Below are positions 13,001 through 25,153 of a DNA stretch of 64,000 nt, piece after piece; within the stretch, counting starts at the first letter, position 1; each line of letters begins with the position of its first letter. Source of the DNA: Oikopleura dioica (Eukaryota > Animalia > Chordata). Below the pieces are notes generated by a model. That model made no database searches. It was not told the origin of the DNA and saw only the letters and a program-made list of their open reading frames with translations. The stretch covers positions 3,534,001-3,598,000 of the forward strand of contig OU015568.1 in the NCBI GenBank assembly GCA_907165135.1, read 5' to 3'. A program made the position numbers and the translations under genes.

Positions 13001-15513
13001 TGAGTCTTCGAGCGCTCAAGGAATTCTACGGACATTCTGTCATCCGACAAATTAGCTTTACCCACCAACATGGTACGAATTTCACAGCTTTCAAGCAGAA
13101 ATTCGACCCGAAGAGTTTGATGTCTAGTTCAAGAATAAATGTGACGGAACTGAACCAAATCGACTTGGGTAAGATGAAGACCACAAAGTGTTGAAAAATT
13201 TTGCATCTTCGATATTTGTTAATGATTTATATTCTGAAGCTTACTTTAAATCATCCTTCGAACGTACCTGCTTAATACCAATATTACGTATTGTTACAAA
13301 TAACACAAAAATCCGAAAAATTTCATGAACGAAACTTTTAGCCGAATTCATGATCAACACCCTCCCAAACTACTTGATGGTCCATTGCGTGCTAGAATTC
13401 CTCGACTGCCGATTTCTCTGGGAAAAGTCTTTTCCATGAACGGATTGTGCTACAGATTTGATGTTCAAAAAGCCATCGAGCGCCACAACGAGGTATTTTC
13501 TATAATTCTTGAAATCAAGGAAGAAATCAAGAGACCCACTATCATTTTTAGCTCCATCTGAGCACCGCAAATGGCGGAAAACTCAGCAAGTATGAGAAGA
13601 AGCAAATGGAAACAATTCAGAAGCTGATGACGCTCAAGTACTGGAAAAACTTTTCGGTAAAATCAAGTTTCCATCAAATTTTCGATTGTTTAGTTCGTCA
13701 TCGGTTTGAACAAGTCTGACAATACATATGGCTGGAATGTTGCTCAAAGTCCCCTGTACATGCGAATATCGCATTATCAAAAGTTTGGTCCGAAAATTAA
13801 AATTATTTTCAGACCGTTTTTCTTTTCAGTCGATATGAATTCGCAGATATCATACCGTTGTCTAAGACGTTGATTCCTACGATTTTAATCAGGTAAAAAT
13901 CCATAGAAAACCGAAATTACTCGCTCTTAGGACGGTTAAAACAGAGTTCCACGCAAGTCCCTACACAGACTGCGTGCAAGATCTGCCCGAGTATCACTGC
14001 GCCAATTATTCTGAGCCAGTTGGCCAGAGTTTCGCCAACGTCAGCGACAAATGCTACGATGAGAGCGTCTGCAAGATGAAGATTGCTGTCAAGACCATTT
14101 TGGAAGAGTGTGAATGTGCGCCGACGTATTTGGGCTCGCATAAAAATAAATCATGGCTGGAATATCTTCAGTCAGAAGAGGCGCTGGAAGGACCTGATCA
14201 ACCAGTTTTCAGGACGAATGTTTCAAGGTAAAAATAAACAGGTGGCCTGTAAGAGGCCCTGATGAGCAGTACAAACACCATTCTTCAAGATCCTGCAACT
14301 TTTGGATCACTCAACCTGCATCGCTTTTCTAATGCAAAATCCGGAAGCGCACATTTCGCCGAGCTCTGAAAAGATGCACACTTGCAAGCCAAACTGCCAG
14401 ACGTATGAAAAGAAAATCGAAACAATACAGTATCGCGGGAGCCATCCCGACTCATACAGTCATATGTTAGTTCAGAAATCCTATTTGTAGTTTGGAAACT
14501 GACATTTATTAGACGGAGAAAGCATAAATTGGGAGATGAAACAGAATTCTTCAAAGCTGAAATTGAGATTTCAAAAGAACCTTATGGTAAGAATAAATTG
14601 CTTCTTTTGATCAATTTTCGTTTGTATACTCTACATCCGCCTTTGCCGTGGTTGGAAAAAATATGAGGCCCAGAAAACGGAGCCGTAAATCGCTCGTCAA
14701 GAGTAAAAAAGAGCAAAAAAGTGCAACTAGTAAAAAGTTTCATTTTTTAAAGAAAACTGAAGCAGATTGAGGCCCAGAGCGATTTTTATATGAAACGCAC
14801 AAAGTGTTATTAATTTTTAAGATAATACGCGGTCACTTACGCTTCTTTGATAATACCGCGATTGGCATTTCTGACTGACTGATTAAACAGTGCATAAATG
14901 ATTTTGACATTGATTGAAAATAATGTTGGCATAAAATGCCCATTTTTTAAGCCTTTATTTACATAACACTGACCTAATAACGGTCCCTTTTTAAATATTA
15001 ATATAGAAAAGAGAAGATAACTTATATTTTTACCTAACCCTAGACCTAATCCAGGGGGCTACGCCCCCCCCCGGGACCCCCCCCCCCATCTCAGGTCTAA
15101 ACCAGGGGGCTGCGCCCCTCGGACCCCCCGAGTATAATAGTGCTAAGTCCCTAACCCTAACCACTAGTCCAGATTCTAGAGATATTGGATGGCTCGAATG
15201 ATAGGCTCGAATGATAACCCCTCTCTACGCTAAGAAAACTAATTTCTTAAAAATTTCATATTCAGAAAAATTTGTCGAACAACCAATTTACACCTGGGAA
15301 GACCTGATTTCGGACATTGGTGGAACTGTCGGCCTTTTCCTCGGCTTGAGCATTACTGAACTGGCATTTGGCTTTCTTGATACTCTCGGCCGCGCGGCAA
15401 CGCGAACTTGGTGGATTCTCAGCTGCAAATTTCAAGTCCGCTCGGGCCAGTCCCTCAGTGTCAAGCATGTTCAACTGTCTCCGTACATAACCTTGGGCAA
15501 AGAAAAAATCTAG
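10040..15513 (+). CDS. DEG/ENaC (ASIC-like) channel subunit, interrupted by an internal tandem duplication; start uncertain
   Basis: TM1-like YYSFWMIASLHTILTV followed, after a 37-nt intron, by FPKVTVC; FSMNGLCYRF; Cys-rich thumb ECECAP...CNFLDHSTC...CKPNC; TM2 signature EDLISDIGGTVGLFLGLS. Confidence 0.88.
10083..14558 (+). repeat. Near-identical direct tandem duplication: copy 1 10083-12308, copy 2 12309-14554
   Basis: Identical ORFs recur at offsets 2226-2248. AGCT is present at the start (10083), the junction (12309) and the end (14555). Confidence 0.95.
15035..15170. repeat. GC-rich palindromic repeat with CCCTAA (telomere-like) motifs, in a DEG/ENaC intron
   Basis: Two CCAGGGGGCT(A/G)CGCCCC..GGACCCCCC units flanked by TAACCCTAG and CCCTAACCCTAACC. 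Confidence 0.6.
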
Positions 15514-16610
15514 CTCCGGTTCTTGTTTTGCAAATAAAGTGCGCATATCTGATCTCGAGTTCACGTGGAGACCCTAGAGGATCATCCGCGTGGGCAAAAG
15601 TGAGTTCATTCACGTGTAAGGTGGCCCCTTTTTGTATTTGGAGTTCAACTTGATTGTAATAAATTACAAGAATAGTGCATTAAACCATTTTTTCAATTGA
15701 AATTTTCGATTATTTGGATTTTTGACAGAAAAGTCCATTTTATGGCAAAATATTTATTCGAAAAGTGAGTTCATTTTCTATTATATTTTCTATTATTATA
15801 TAATTTCTATTATTTATTTTCTATAATTTATTGTTAGCATAATAATTGACCAATAAATAAAGGTTACTGTAATTGACACGTTTTTTCTCTGAATCATCAC
15901 GTGTTTAGTCTAGTTTTAAGTTTTCTAGACTAAAGAAAATAGACACCATTTTATTGCTTCAATATATTATGATTAAATATTTCTTATTAATCTAATTCTC
16001 GAATAAATTTAAGATGGCTTTATTGATCCTTATGGGACATCAGATGTTAGTCTACCGACATTGAAATTTACTGCTGCTAATCGTCTATTAGTGCTGCTAC
16101 ATCTGATAGGATAGTTGGGAAACACTTCCGCCTAAATTTGTCTTTCAGAATCTGGGACTCGTAAAAATCATTATCCGCAATTGAAAATGCATAAAAACGC
16201 GAACGTTCGCAGATTTTGAACTTGTTCGTCCGTGGCCACTCTAAGAAGCACTCTTTGACAAACGTGCCATGCCTGGAGTCATCCAACGCGGGTCCAGTGT
16301 TGGGCCAGACTAGCGCTCGTGAGAAACCCGCTGCCGAGGGCCCTCTTTTTCTTCTTTTAGCCTCTTTCCTTCCCTTTTTTACATAAAAAACAAAAAAAAA
16401 GTTTAACATCAAGAAGAACTTCGATAAAAAGACAAAATTGAGAAGCTGAAAAAAGATCTTCTGGCGAAAAAAAAAGAAAGAAAAGCGAACTCACGGATTA
16501 ATTATTCAAGCCGCGTGAACTTTTGAACTTTTGCCCATTGGGCAAGAACTGGAGAGAACGAAAAAAAAGAGCAACTGAAGAAAAAAAAAACTAAAAAATT
16601 GATGAAAATA

Positions 16611-19528
16611 GAAAATCTATGAGCATGCCCCTGCCGCCAATGAAAGCCAACTTTTCGATGACCGCGAATATGATGTCCAGGTATTTTTTAGCTCAAGGAA
16701 GAATGAACTTTTTGATGAATTATTTGTTTTTGAAGTTATAAACCACTTCTATCAAAAGAGGTCATTAACGCCCCTTGTCGAATCAAGGTGTCGTGCTGAT
16801 CTTTTTTGTCTTCTTGTTTGAAAGTTTAAATTTTAAACTGCAGTTCAAAATCTGAACTTATTCGATCTTTCTTTTCAGCATGCGATGGTCATCAGTTCTA
16901 GCATCAAATCCAAACAGGCAGTCGAAGAAAAGAAAAAGATCAAATATGGCGAATTCGGTAAGTTGCAGAATCTGATTTTAAATAGGTCTTCAAATTCAAG
17001 TCCTGAGAACTGACCAATGTTTCTTCAGAGAAAAATGCCGCGCGCGGTTTTTTCGAAGGAGAAATTTTGGAATTCAGAAAAAAGCCGCGTTTTTTCGCGG
17101 GTTTTCTCGAGTTAATTGACTGTCAACGTTTTTTTTTTTCTCAATTTTTCGATGTAATTTTACGGATTTTCCGCCCGCTGGCAATGTTGTCTAAGTTCGC
17201 TTCTGACATCAAAGCAAGTTCCACCTGGTATTTTTGTGAAAAAAAGGGTTGAACCGTCAGAAAAACATCCACCTCCACGAGGCCAGCACGTGTGAATCGC
17301 GTGTTTCTCTTTTAAAATTGCCAGTTTCCACGATTCGAGTTTTGTTGAAATTGATAGGGCTTGATTCTCAATTTGTGAAACCGGGGTTCAAAAATGAAAT
17401 ACCTCTAGAAAGATGAAAAAGCGAAAAGTGTACCAAAGCCACGAGAATCTCCAGCGAGCTCGGTAAAATTTAAATTTATGATCGAGTTTTTTAAACTTTT
17501 TTTGTTTTTGTTTGAACAAAAAAAAGTTAACTCTGAATCAGTGATTTGCTCAACTTATAACTAACTAAAATCGAAATAACCCATAAATAGAAATTTATAA
17601 AAACGCCATATTTTTGGTTGTTAATGCGTCCGGAGGTTAAGCTTGCTTCAAAAACCGGATAAGACGAGTATTTGACCAAGAAAAATCAATTTTTTTTGCC
17701 AAAATTTGGGCAAATTTGTCAATTTTCGGCGAAAAGTCCAATTTTCCAATGCGATTTTGGTGGTGAAGGAGTCGAGATAGACCCCCAAAAGATGTTGCCT
17801 ATAAATCGTTTTTTGACCCGTAGGATCAATTTCTGGGTCAAAATTTTAAAATTCCGAAATTGGATTTTTCAAAAAAAAAACTGATTTTACAAGCATATGA
17901 TATGTGCCAGATCATAAAATACAAAAATAACAAAGCTGTTTTGAATTCGACATCTTTATGTGTCTATTTTTTGACATATAAATGAATGATGATAATTTTA
18001 GCAGTTTACGAAATGAACTTTTTGATACGCTTGATTTACTTTGGTCTAGTAAAAGCGTCATGATACAGTAAACTCAACTGATCGCGCTGATCATACTTGA
18101 CAGGCGCCCTTGCTGGAAATTTTACAAAGTTCAAATATTGAACTTTAGCCATATCGGAGGAGCCAAACGGAAGGCGGAATATCTAATGCTATATAAGCAT
18201 GCCCGCCAGCGCGTGACCGGCTACCCTTATTTCCGTTTATCCTTCGTCAGACAATCCGACTTCACAATGAATTTTAATGACAGTCTGACAGTCTGTCGGA
18301 ATTTCAGATACAATGTAATGAAAAATCTGTTATAAAATAACCCTAACTAGTGATCAAGATGAGTGAGCAAGAAAATAATGTATTCTTTAAGACGGAAATC
18401 GTCTCCGCAAAGATTCGCCGTCTACCCGTCAATTGCAATAACAACGTGCCCATGTCCCATGTGTCCTACAGCCATACTGTCGACAATACGGAGTTGAAAG
18501 ATTTGAATGGATTCCAATATATTGAAGAAGCGTTTCATGATTCCTTACAGGTAAGAATTTCTTTTGACAGTAAGATTCCTAGGCTTTCTTTTCTTAATTT
18601 TAATTAAGGGTATGACTTTTTTAGCTTGGCATTTCGTCTTAAAACCTGAGTCAGGGTCCTGTAAATTTACAAAATCCCTGACTCAGGTTTTGAGACAAAA
18701 TACCAAGCTAAAAAAATGATGCTCTTTAAATTTCTTCTTTAAATTCGTGAATTTTTCAGGCGGTAATTGATGTCATCAAGCATTCAAAATTCACAAGCAA
18801 GTTGCATCCCGAAACAATCGTAAAAATCATCAGCTCTTCCGTCACCGAATCTGTCTTGGTAAGTCTTTTCTTGCCAAAAAAGGGTCAATTGGTTTCGCAC
18901 TCGATTGAACTAGCACTTCGCACTCTTTCAAAAAAAAAAGAGCACTTGGCTTAACTCTTCAAGAAAAGAATAAAAAATGTTTTGACGTCATTTCAATTTT
19001 AATTTTTAAATCGCCATTAAGCTGCATTTGGCATGGCTCAAACACGACGAGTTGAAAACCAGCTGCCCAGACGGCCCAAAAGTGCTCATCAACATTCTCT
19101 CCGAATTGGAACATCTCGAGTTGAAAGAACCCGAGCTGGAGCTCGCGCTCATGGTGCCGATTTTAAACATTCGAACGACAAACAAGATAAAGCTTGATTT
19201 TGACGAGGACAAGGATCAGATCGTCAAATCGTCCGCTGATCTAAATGACGAGCTCAAATCGCTGCTAAATAATATTGGAAATTGTGAAATGACGAGAGTT
19301 ATTGCTCTCTTTGGTAAGTTTTTACTAATAATCCTGTCTGTAACAAAGTCCTACTGTACCAAAGCCCGTCACATAAGCTTCTTCTTTAGCAACCGTCTTG
19401 CCAAGCCTAAGCGAATTGGCGCTGCTTTACAAAACCAAGCTGAATGATCTCCTTGAAAAAGGTACTGAAAACAACAACGACTCATCCTCTCATCAACCGT
19501 TTTAGAGCTTACCAGCATGAATATCTAA
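16611..19528 (+). CDS. Divergent nuclear-receptor ligand-binding-domain protein; no zinc-finger exon seen
   Basis: Spliced product contains LQAVIDVIKHSKFTSKLHPETIVKIISSSVTESVLI (register of helices 3-5), LEHLELKEPELELALMVPILN (helix 8/9-like) and RVIALFATVLPSLSELA (helix 10-like). Upstream exons near 16611 and 16880 splice in frame. Confidence 0.6.
18617..18715. mobile_element. Short palindromic MITE of the AAACCTGAGTCAGGG family (intronic)
   Basis: TTAGCTTGG(C/T)ATTT(C/T)GTCT(T/C)AAAACCTGAGTCAGGG is present as an inverted pair around a short spacer. Confidence 0.7.
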
Positions 19529-19712
19529 CTTTACCAACCGCCGCATTCTCCAAATTCAACTACAGTAAATACAGTTCGACAAACAAAAAACATATTCTCA
19601 TTCATACAGTACCTGTTCACCTGTATGAAAAAATAACAAAAAAAAATCTGGGGCAATGCTCTTTTCAACCGATTTTCCTGAACCCGCTTGAACTAAAAAC
19701 AAAGTCAGATAG

Positions 19713-21261
19713 TTATTTTACTTGCCTACAAAAAAAAAGATAACTGTTGAAATAAATTTTCTGCTTATTCGTAAAAAAGGGATTTTTTATTGGAAGGATT
19801 AGAAGATCTGGGTGTGGATAGGAGCTTTGAATTCGGATGGAATGTCGTCGAGGAGGAGTCCGGTCGTGTTGTTGGCGAGTGGGACGGCGGATTCGTCGAA
19901 AACTTCGGGTTTGAAGTTTATTTTCGTCTTCAAAATGGCTCAATTATTGAAAGAGAATGTATTTGTTTAGGGTTAGGGTTAGCTAAACCTGGCCGCAGCC
20001 AGAAAAAATGCTTGCTCTCTTCCTTGATTTCATTGTTTAATTCATCATTTTTAATTCAAAAAATGGGCCGTTTCCTGATCAAACTTTTCTTTCTCTTCAA
20101 AGTTGAAGCTCGGGATGTTATCATTGAAAGTCTGTTCCTTTTCCAGAAGTGTCTGCTGAAGAGTCTCGTACTTTTCCTGGTCTGATCTCAGGCGAACATT
20201 TTCTGTTCGCAATTCTTCAATCTAAAACGAGCTTGGTGATGATACTCATATTTGTATTCTTACCTTGTCTTCTTGTTCGATGAAAATTTGATAAGGGGTC
20301 CTCCTTGATTGCCGTTCTTAAAAAGGGAGATAATGGAAAAGATAAGCTTGATGGATGATTACGATTCGCTTGGATAAGTTCTTCCATCGCCTTCATTTCT
20401 TCATTGAGTTCTCTTATTGCGCCTTCTTGTTGCTTGATGATGGCGTTCAGCTCTTTTTCTCTGAAAAAAGGGATGAAAGAAGGAGTTTTTTGGAAGATTT
20501 ACTTGGACACATCCACTCTGCCATCAGTTGCTACAGTTCGAATCTCGTTTCTTCTCGGTAAGTTTCCAGCTTCAACGACGCTCTCATTCAATTCATCGAA
20601 TTTCTAGAGATAATGATAATCGATGAGAAATTTGAGAGAGTTGAGCTTACCTTTCTAAGCTCGTTGTATAACTCCTTGCTTGCATCCAACTGTCGATCTT
20701 GCTCTTCAACCCTTTGTTTGAGCTTTGCAATTTGGCTACTGTAGCCAATTGTTCCAGCTTGGCCTCCTCTTATCAAAATTTCCTTCATTCTTGTTAGATT
20801 TTTCTTTCATTTTTTGATGTTCAAACCTGAAGTCGTTTCTTGAGCTCTTGATTTTCAAGGTAAAGATCTTCAGCATTCGCCATTCCAGGCTTTGCTTGAA
20901 TCTCGAGAACAGTCGATTCAAGGAGATTCGTTGCTTGGCGCAATTTTTTGTCGAGATCGCCCGCTTGGGCGCGATAAAACATCAATTGCTTGGTTAAGAT
21001 CTCGTTCTGTTTCGTGACTTTGCTGTCGTATTCGGCGTTACTTCTCACTGACTCCGGATATCTTGAAAAAAAGGTTGAAAAATAAAGAAAATTGACATTC
21101 TACCTCGTAGATTCATTGAGCCTCCTTTCTTCATTTCTATAATCCGCTATCGACGATCGAATGTCTCTAACTACTGTATTTATTCGCGAAACAGACCGAG
21201 TAGACCCCCGGCTACTCTCGTATTTGTACTCGGGAGGAACAACATAGTCCCTACTCGCCAT
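19713..21261 (-). CDS. Multi-exon coiled-coil protein of unknown function
   Basis: ATG at 21261 (MASRDYVVPPEY); heptad-rich exons NEILTKQLMFYRAQAGDLDKKLRQA and IAKLKQRVEEQDRQLDASKELYNELRK; GT-AG junctions; 3' end approximate. Confidence 0.6.
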
Positions 21262-21629
21262 TTTTTTTTCTCTGGCTAGATATTTAGATTGAGGAATGAA
21301 GAGATTGTTTTTTGTTTCTTTCAAATTGGTCACTCTCACAATGGCTCGTAAAAACGTATCGTAAAACGCCGAGAGCGATGATTTCACCTTTGAGACACGT
21401 TTATACGATTTTTCGCTTATCAGACATGTGACATGTCAAATAAGACATTTTGAACAGGAATTTTATGAAAGAGTTTTTATTTTTTTGTTTACTGTAAACA
21501 GGCAATTCAAGTTGATATTTTTTTTCAGAAGTCTTAAAAAGTCTTTGTTTATGATCCGTATTTTTCATTTTGATTCGCCACTAGAATTTTGTTGTAAAAA
21601 TTATTTAACTGAAAATACTTACTTTCATC

Positions 21630-22617
21630 TTTGACGAAGTTCTTGAACATAACACCAGCTGCAATAACGATCCCGATTAGAACAAGAGCAGGGATCCACG
21701 ATGTTCCGATCGTCTTCAAATTTTCTTCTCTCTAAAAAAAGCCGTTTATTTTTACTAGAAATTTTATCTGCTGGGCTATTCTTACCGCTAATCTCGCTCC
21801 AACAATGCCTCCTCCTTTTCCATAAATAGAGAAAACTTCTTCTGGCTCTCTAAACATCACATCATAATCTTCGTCCTCTCCAAACACTTTTTCCCTCTCA
21901 AAATCACTGAGTTCTTCGAAGGGCAGATCATCCAGCGAGACCCCATCATAATTCGTGTACATTTCTTTTTCGTCTATGTTCTCTGCCGCAAAGCGTTCGT
22001 AATCGTCATCATTGACTGGTTCTTTCGAGGTGGATTTCAATGAGTTTTTTGATGGATTTGAAAGTGGCTTTTGATATTTTCGATCAGAGAAAAAGCGGAT
22101 TGTAATTTTAAGCTAAGTCGTGGGAGCCTCTCTATTTTTAATTCTCTGAGTTGACAGAACCGCTTTCTAGGCAAATTAAGACTTGAAATCTAATCCTAAC
22201 TGGTCCGGATCGACGAATTTCACATGCACCTCAACATCTAGCCTCATCGTGACCGGTCGAATTCTCTTTACTTGGCCCAAAATATCAGAAAAATCAGATC
22301 CAGGGCTCTTCTCCAAAACGATATTTCCCGGTTTCACCCCACAGCTCTTTTCTTAATTTTAATTTAAAAGACAGAACCAGAAAATTTTTTACCTGCAAAG
22401 TAAATCCCTCCCGCCGACGTTTCCACCTTTTTCTTCAAGTAGCAGGGATGGCGAAGACGAGGACCGGCTTTAAAAAATATAAAAGCGAGCTGTAAGTCAC
22501 AAAATTTCTGTAGGAGAATAGTTCGGAAGCTATGGACTGTTTCTCAAATAATTCGAACAGACTGTTTGAAATGCCGATAGATAAGTAGGGCAAACTTTTT
22601 AGTGAAAATTTCGACAC
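21630..22617 (-). CDS. Probable single-pass membrane protein with acidic ectodomain segment
   Basis: Exons SCGVKPGNIVLEK...VHVKFVDPD, an acidic ORF at 21732-22040, and a terminal hydrophobic SWIPALVLIGIVIAAGVMF. Start not resolved. Confidence 0.45.
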
Positions 22618-23607
22618 TTATCCGGCCGATAAGATGGATAAAAATTCAATTCAATGACGAAAATACAGAATATTTGAGTTGCGCTGATCGAAAAAGAAAC
22701 TGAATATTGTAAAATTTACAATGTAAATTGTATAATCATTTTATTTTAGATGCTTTACAAAACAATAGAAGATAGAGTTAGTTAATTTTGAGGCGTTACA
22801 ATATGATATAAAACCCGCACCAAAATATCAAGCAAATAAAACTTCAACTAAAGAATTTTTTTCTTTCTTTGCTTACTGACTTACTCATTATATACAGAAT
22901 TCGATCATCTGTCAGGTTATCTGCGAGTACAAGAGCTGATAATACTGTAAGAATCTTCATTTCTCTATTTCAAATTATCTTACCCAAATAACAACGGGTT
23001 TTCTTAAGTCAAAATTTCTAGAGAAAAATCAACTCGTTACGAAATGTAACAGTATCTTCGATAACTGACTTGACTTGTCTTCTCTGTAACTCATGATGGA
23101 CACGAAGAAAAACTCTTGAAGTATATCAATTTATCATTATTTGACAGATGAAGCGATTATATATATTAATTTACATATTTAAATGAAATCTAGGACTATA
23201 AGGATTCATGGTGGGCAATAATGTGAAGACAGACATTTACAACTTATTGTGATCGCGTCTTCGAGCAGAAAGTACTGGCGGCTTCTTCTGTTGTATAGCG
23301 TTATATCTAAATATATTATATATTCACATTCATATTTTATTGCGTTTTTATATCTCTATTCAGAGACAAAATCTATATTTAAACAATTTATCTGATTAAT
23401 CTTTCCACCGTTCTGCTCTGGTAGAGCTCTTCCTTTCTCTAGTATCAGATAAATAAATAGCTGTCCAGAAACTTCGGGCAAAACTGTGGGAACATTAGTC
23501 ACTTTTTTCTGCCATGAGTTAGCGAATTAACCTTGTCTTTAAAAGTCCTTACTGTCAAGCGATAGTCAAAATTTCACTGTGAAAGTGAGTTGACTTTCAG
23601 CGGACTG

Positions 23608-24115
23608 TCAGTTATTATTTTCCTTGTAATTAACTCAGTTGCAGTTGTTTACGGAAAGCTTCAAGCCTTCCTGGTAAGCTGTTAAAAAAGATGGATGTCT
23701 TTACCTGACGTTTTAGAAGCGATGCAAGTCTTGATCTTTTTTGTTCTAAGGTCGAGGGTTGAATCGTGTATGCAGTGGCCCGAGCAATCTCCTAGGTCTA
23801 TTTCATCGTTGTTATGGGCAATTCTGTCGCCAGCTTTGACGATCTCTAGATGGTGGTGATCAGCTGGAAAGAGGGCCTTCAAAAGGCTCTAGAATAAACT
23901 CTGTAGAAAGAGGTCATTGCTGAGAATAGAGACTTTACCTTTCCATGAATTGTGAGCTCACTTCTCTGGCAAGGAAGTCCACAACTGAGGTTTTCGTTTG
24001 AGCTTCTCCAGAAGAGCCTTGATCGACGACTTCTTCTTAGTATGTTTTCGCTACCTTTCTCTTTGGTTGGAAAGCCTGCTGCTTGGCAGTCTTCTATGTC
24101 TCCAATGTCCGTCGC
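23608..24115 (-). CDS. Divergent cystine-knot growth-factor-like precursor (3' exons; 5' exon not resolved) with TGA at the expected last knot Cys
   Basis: Exons 24115-23939, 23888-23705 and 23678 onward give ...RRSRRSR/LFWRSSNENLSCGLPCQRSELTIH...IDLGDCSGHC...KTCIASK...LSVNNCN-TGA. Confidence 0.5.
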
Positions 24116-24265
24116 CTTGAAATAAATTTAATCATTTATACCTATCTGTATCTATAAAACACAATTGTTCTCAAAGTAGATAAAGATAAGCTTCTATTGC
24201 GCAATTAAAGGATCATCAAGGCAATTTTACCGAAAGACAATGCTTCAAATCATCGAGTGCTGGGT

Positions 24266-24587
24266 CAGGGTTCGGTAATTTGAGCTCAAGCTAAAACTCA
24301 TTTTGGCGAGACGCTCAAATTTCCTCAAATTGAGAACTCAAAGTGACTTGAGAAATCATTTTGAGAAGATTTGATAGTTTTGAGAGTTTTGAGTTTTTGG
24401 GAGATTTGAGAGTTTTGAGTTTTCAAAACTCAAATTAAGCGAGCGCTTCCTTGATTGGCTCATGGATCGCCAGAGTTGATTTCAACGCGAGCTCTCATCT
24501 CTGAGTTCTCAAAACTCAAATTAAAAAACGTGAGTCTCAAGCTTTGTTTCCTTGAGTTTTAGTGTGAGCTCAAATTACCGAACCCTG
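24266..24587. mobile_element. hAT-type MITE (322 bp)
   Basis: 23-bp perfect TIR CAGGGTTCGGTAATTTGAGCTCA; exact 8-bp TSD TGCTGGGT at 24258-24265 and 24588-24595; internal TTTGAG/CTCAAA subterminal repeats. Confidence 0.9.
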
Positions 24588-25153
24588 TGCTGGGTGCTCC
24601 ATGGAGAGAGAATTTTGGATAAATAAAAATATGATAAGAAGACTCTGGATAATGCACATTTTTGTTGCTTGTATATGAGTAGAACATATCTTGGGGAGCT
24701 TTTATACCTTTTGTCAGCCGCACTCGGCGCTATTTTCAGGTAAGCAATAAAAGCTAGGACTTCAAAAATGGCAGTAAACGAACTATTATAACAAGTTTCA
24801 ATCAATAACCCAAGACTAATAAACAGATTATCAAGAGGTTTAATACTCTTGACAGCTTTTCATATTTTGGCGAAACTTTTGACTTAAAAGAAAAAAAGAA
24901 AACTAACTTCGAACATAATTATAACAATGATGATAGACATGATAGACATCTCTTCTTCGTAAAATATTAAATAGTGGCAATCATCAATAAATGAATCCAG
25001 AAACTATTAAAAAGTCTTCATCCTTGCTTCTCAGCGAAAATTTCAAAATTTCGCAAAGAAATCTCTAGAACAGGGTCCCTAGAAAGATGTTGTTTACTCC
25101 AAATCTTCAGTTTGAAAATTGTCGTCAAGGAAGAAGGCGGATTTCCAAGGAAA

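Noticed and set aside
16077-16412. 111-aa minus-strand ORF
   Set aside because: No domain, no supported splice partners and a low-complexity start; cannot be supported as a gene.
19790-20185. 131-aa plus-strand ORF
   Set aside because: Antisense to the coiled-coil gene and runs through an intron with TTAGGG motifs.
23440-23610. SECIS element downstream of the in-frame TGA
   Set aside because: A hairpin (CTGAAAGT...ACTTTCA-CAG) is visible, but I could not fit the canonical AUGA/AA/GA quartet by eye, so it is not claimed; needs SECISearch.
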